Part shown: positions 24,187 through 24,985 of the stretch, in pieces
Layout of the letters: every line of letters begins with the position of its first letter
Position numbering within the stretch: position 1 is the stretch's first letter
DNA from: a virus
Lineage: Duplodnaviria; Caudoviricetes
IMG/VR virus record: IMGVR_UViG_3300005764_000082
Coordinates: 1-24,985 of that record
Length of the DNA stretch: 24,985 nucleotides
Reading direction: 5' to 3' (one strand)
Translations under genes and position numbers: made by a program
Notes under the pieces: generated by a model
What the model saw: the letters and a program-made list of their open reading frames with translations, nothing else
The model's database searches: none
Told to the model about the DNA's origin: nothing

Positions 24187-24620
24187 GATTCATACTCGCT
24201 TTTCTAGCCATCTTGATTCCGGCGATCCTGCTCGCGCAGCAGACTAACACTGTTGGCTTCATTCAGCACGCTGGCTGGACGTCGACTACAGCTGTCGGCG
24301 CGGCATCTACGGTTCTGCTCAAAGCGTCGTCAGGTGCGACTCAGAGAAACTATATTACAGACATCTCGATCTCTGCGACTAGCGTCAATGCTGGCACGTT
24401 AAAGATCATTCAGGGCACAAAGACGACAACAGACTGCGATACTAACGCTGCAGACTTGACGCCGCCGTATAACTTGACATCGAGCGCAGGAGCTACACCG
24501 CAAGTCAACTTTACGACTAGCATGCCGGTGATACCGATAGCTGGGCGTCAGCTGTGCGGAGTCTCAGCTGGAGCTAGCGCAACGTACAGTGTAACTCTGA
24601 GAGGCTATACTGGGCCATGA
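24183..24620 (+). CDS. beta-rich virion-type protein with a Sec signal peptide
   Basis: MRFILAFLAILIPAILLA|QQ, then a Thr/Ala/Ser-rich jelly-roll-like domain (YITDISIS...VTLRGY) with two Cys. Confidence 0.75.
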   Translation: MRFILAFLAILIPAILLAQQTNTVGFIQHAGWTSTTAVGAASTVLLKASSGATQRNYITDISISATSVNAGTLKIIQGTKTTTDCDTNAADLTPPYNLTSSAGATPQVNFTTSMPVIPIAGRQLCGVSAGASATYSVTLRGYTGP

Positions 24621-24621
24621 A

Positions 24622-24985
24622 ATGAAAAAACTGCTTCTCGTCACCCTTTTTTTATCTGCAGTTCTATACTCTGCTGCAGCTCTCGCTCAAATTCCGACCA
24701 CTCCTAACATTCACTTAAATCTTCCGCCTCCCGGCACTCCTAACTGGGACGTGCTGCTCAACCAGAATTTTACGATCTTAGATCAGCAATTTCCGCAGGG
24801 TGTTGCAGCGATCTACGGTGTCTACAATCAGGGCATCTTGCTGCCAGGGCGAAACTATATCAACTTCACAGGCCAAGGTGTCAGTTGCGGCGACAACTCG
24901 ATCAACAATCGTATCGACTGCACGATCACGGGTGGTGGTGGTGGTGGTGGCGGGCATGTCATCGCAGACGAAGGTACACCGCTCA
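24622..24985 (+). CDS. tail fibre-like protein with a Sec signal peptide (runs off the window); not in ORF track
   Basis: MKKLLLVTLFLSAVLYSAAALA|QIPTTPNIHLNLPPPGTPNWDVLLNQNFTILD (fibre-anchor motif), then RNYINFTGQGVSCGDNSINNRIDCTI, G8 and VIADEGTPL; open to the window end. Confidence 0.8.
   Translation, partial: MKKLLLVTLFLSAVLYSAAALAQIPTTPNIHLNLPPPGTPNWDVLLNQNFTILDQQFPQGVAAIYGVYNQGILLPGRNYINFTGQGVSCGDNSINNRIDCTITGGGGGGGGHVIADEGTPL

Noticed and set aside
17998-24954. (GGT)n runs near 17998-18016 and 24931-24954 as regulatory repeats
   Set aside because: They are in-frame glycine linkers.
1-24985. CRISPR array, tRNA/rRNA, integrase/att site, transposase, reverse transcriptase/DGR
   Set aside because: No spaced direct repeats, cloverleafs or corresponding motifs seen by eye; little non-coding space. 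A tRNAscan/Infernal run would confirm.

Overview
The window is a 25-kb segment of a tailed dsDNA phage (or prophage) genome with podovirus-like (P22/T7-type) morphogenesis logic. Essentially all credible genes are on the + strand and tightly coupled. From left to right: (i) a modification and nuclease accessory block with a TET-associated/GREB1-type glycosyltransferase, a dual-coded RusA-like locus, a SAM methyltransferase, a PD-(D/E)XK-like nuclease and a stand-alone degenerate Hint domain; (ii) terminase large subunit and portal; (iii) a displaced tail block (fibre, nozzle/stabilisation protein, lectin-like protein) ending in an AlpA-type HTH gene; (iv) small basic peptides, scaffold, major capsid protein, decoration-like proteins, a Tad2/DUF2829-like gene and the head-tail adaptor; (v) GNAT-like and cupin genes interleaved with ejection (internal virion) proteins; (vi) the start of a fibre gene. 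The most striking signal is that three virion-type proteins carry Sec-type signal peptides, each with Gln at the predicted +1 position and a Cys pair, suggesting export and extracytoplasmic folding or assembly of virion appendages. Family calls come from motif recognition by eye; no searches were run and the host cannot be determined.
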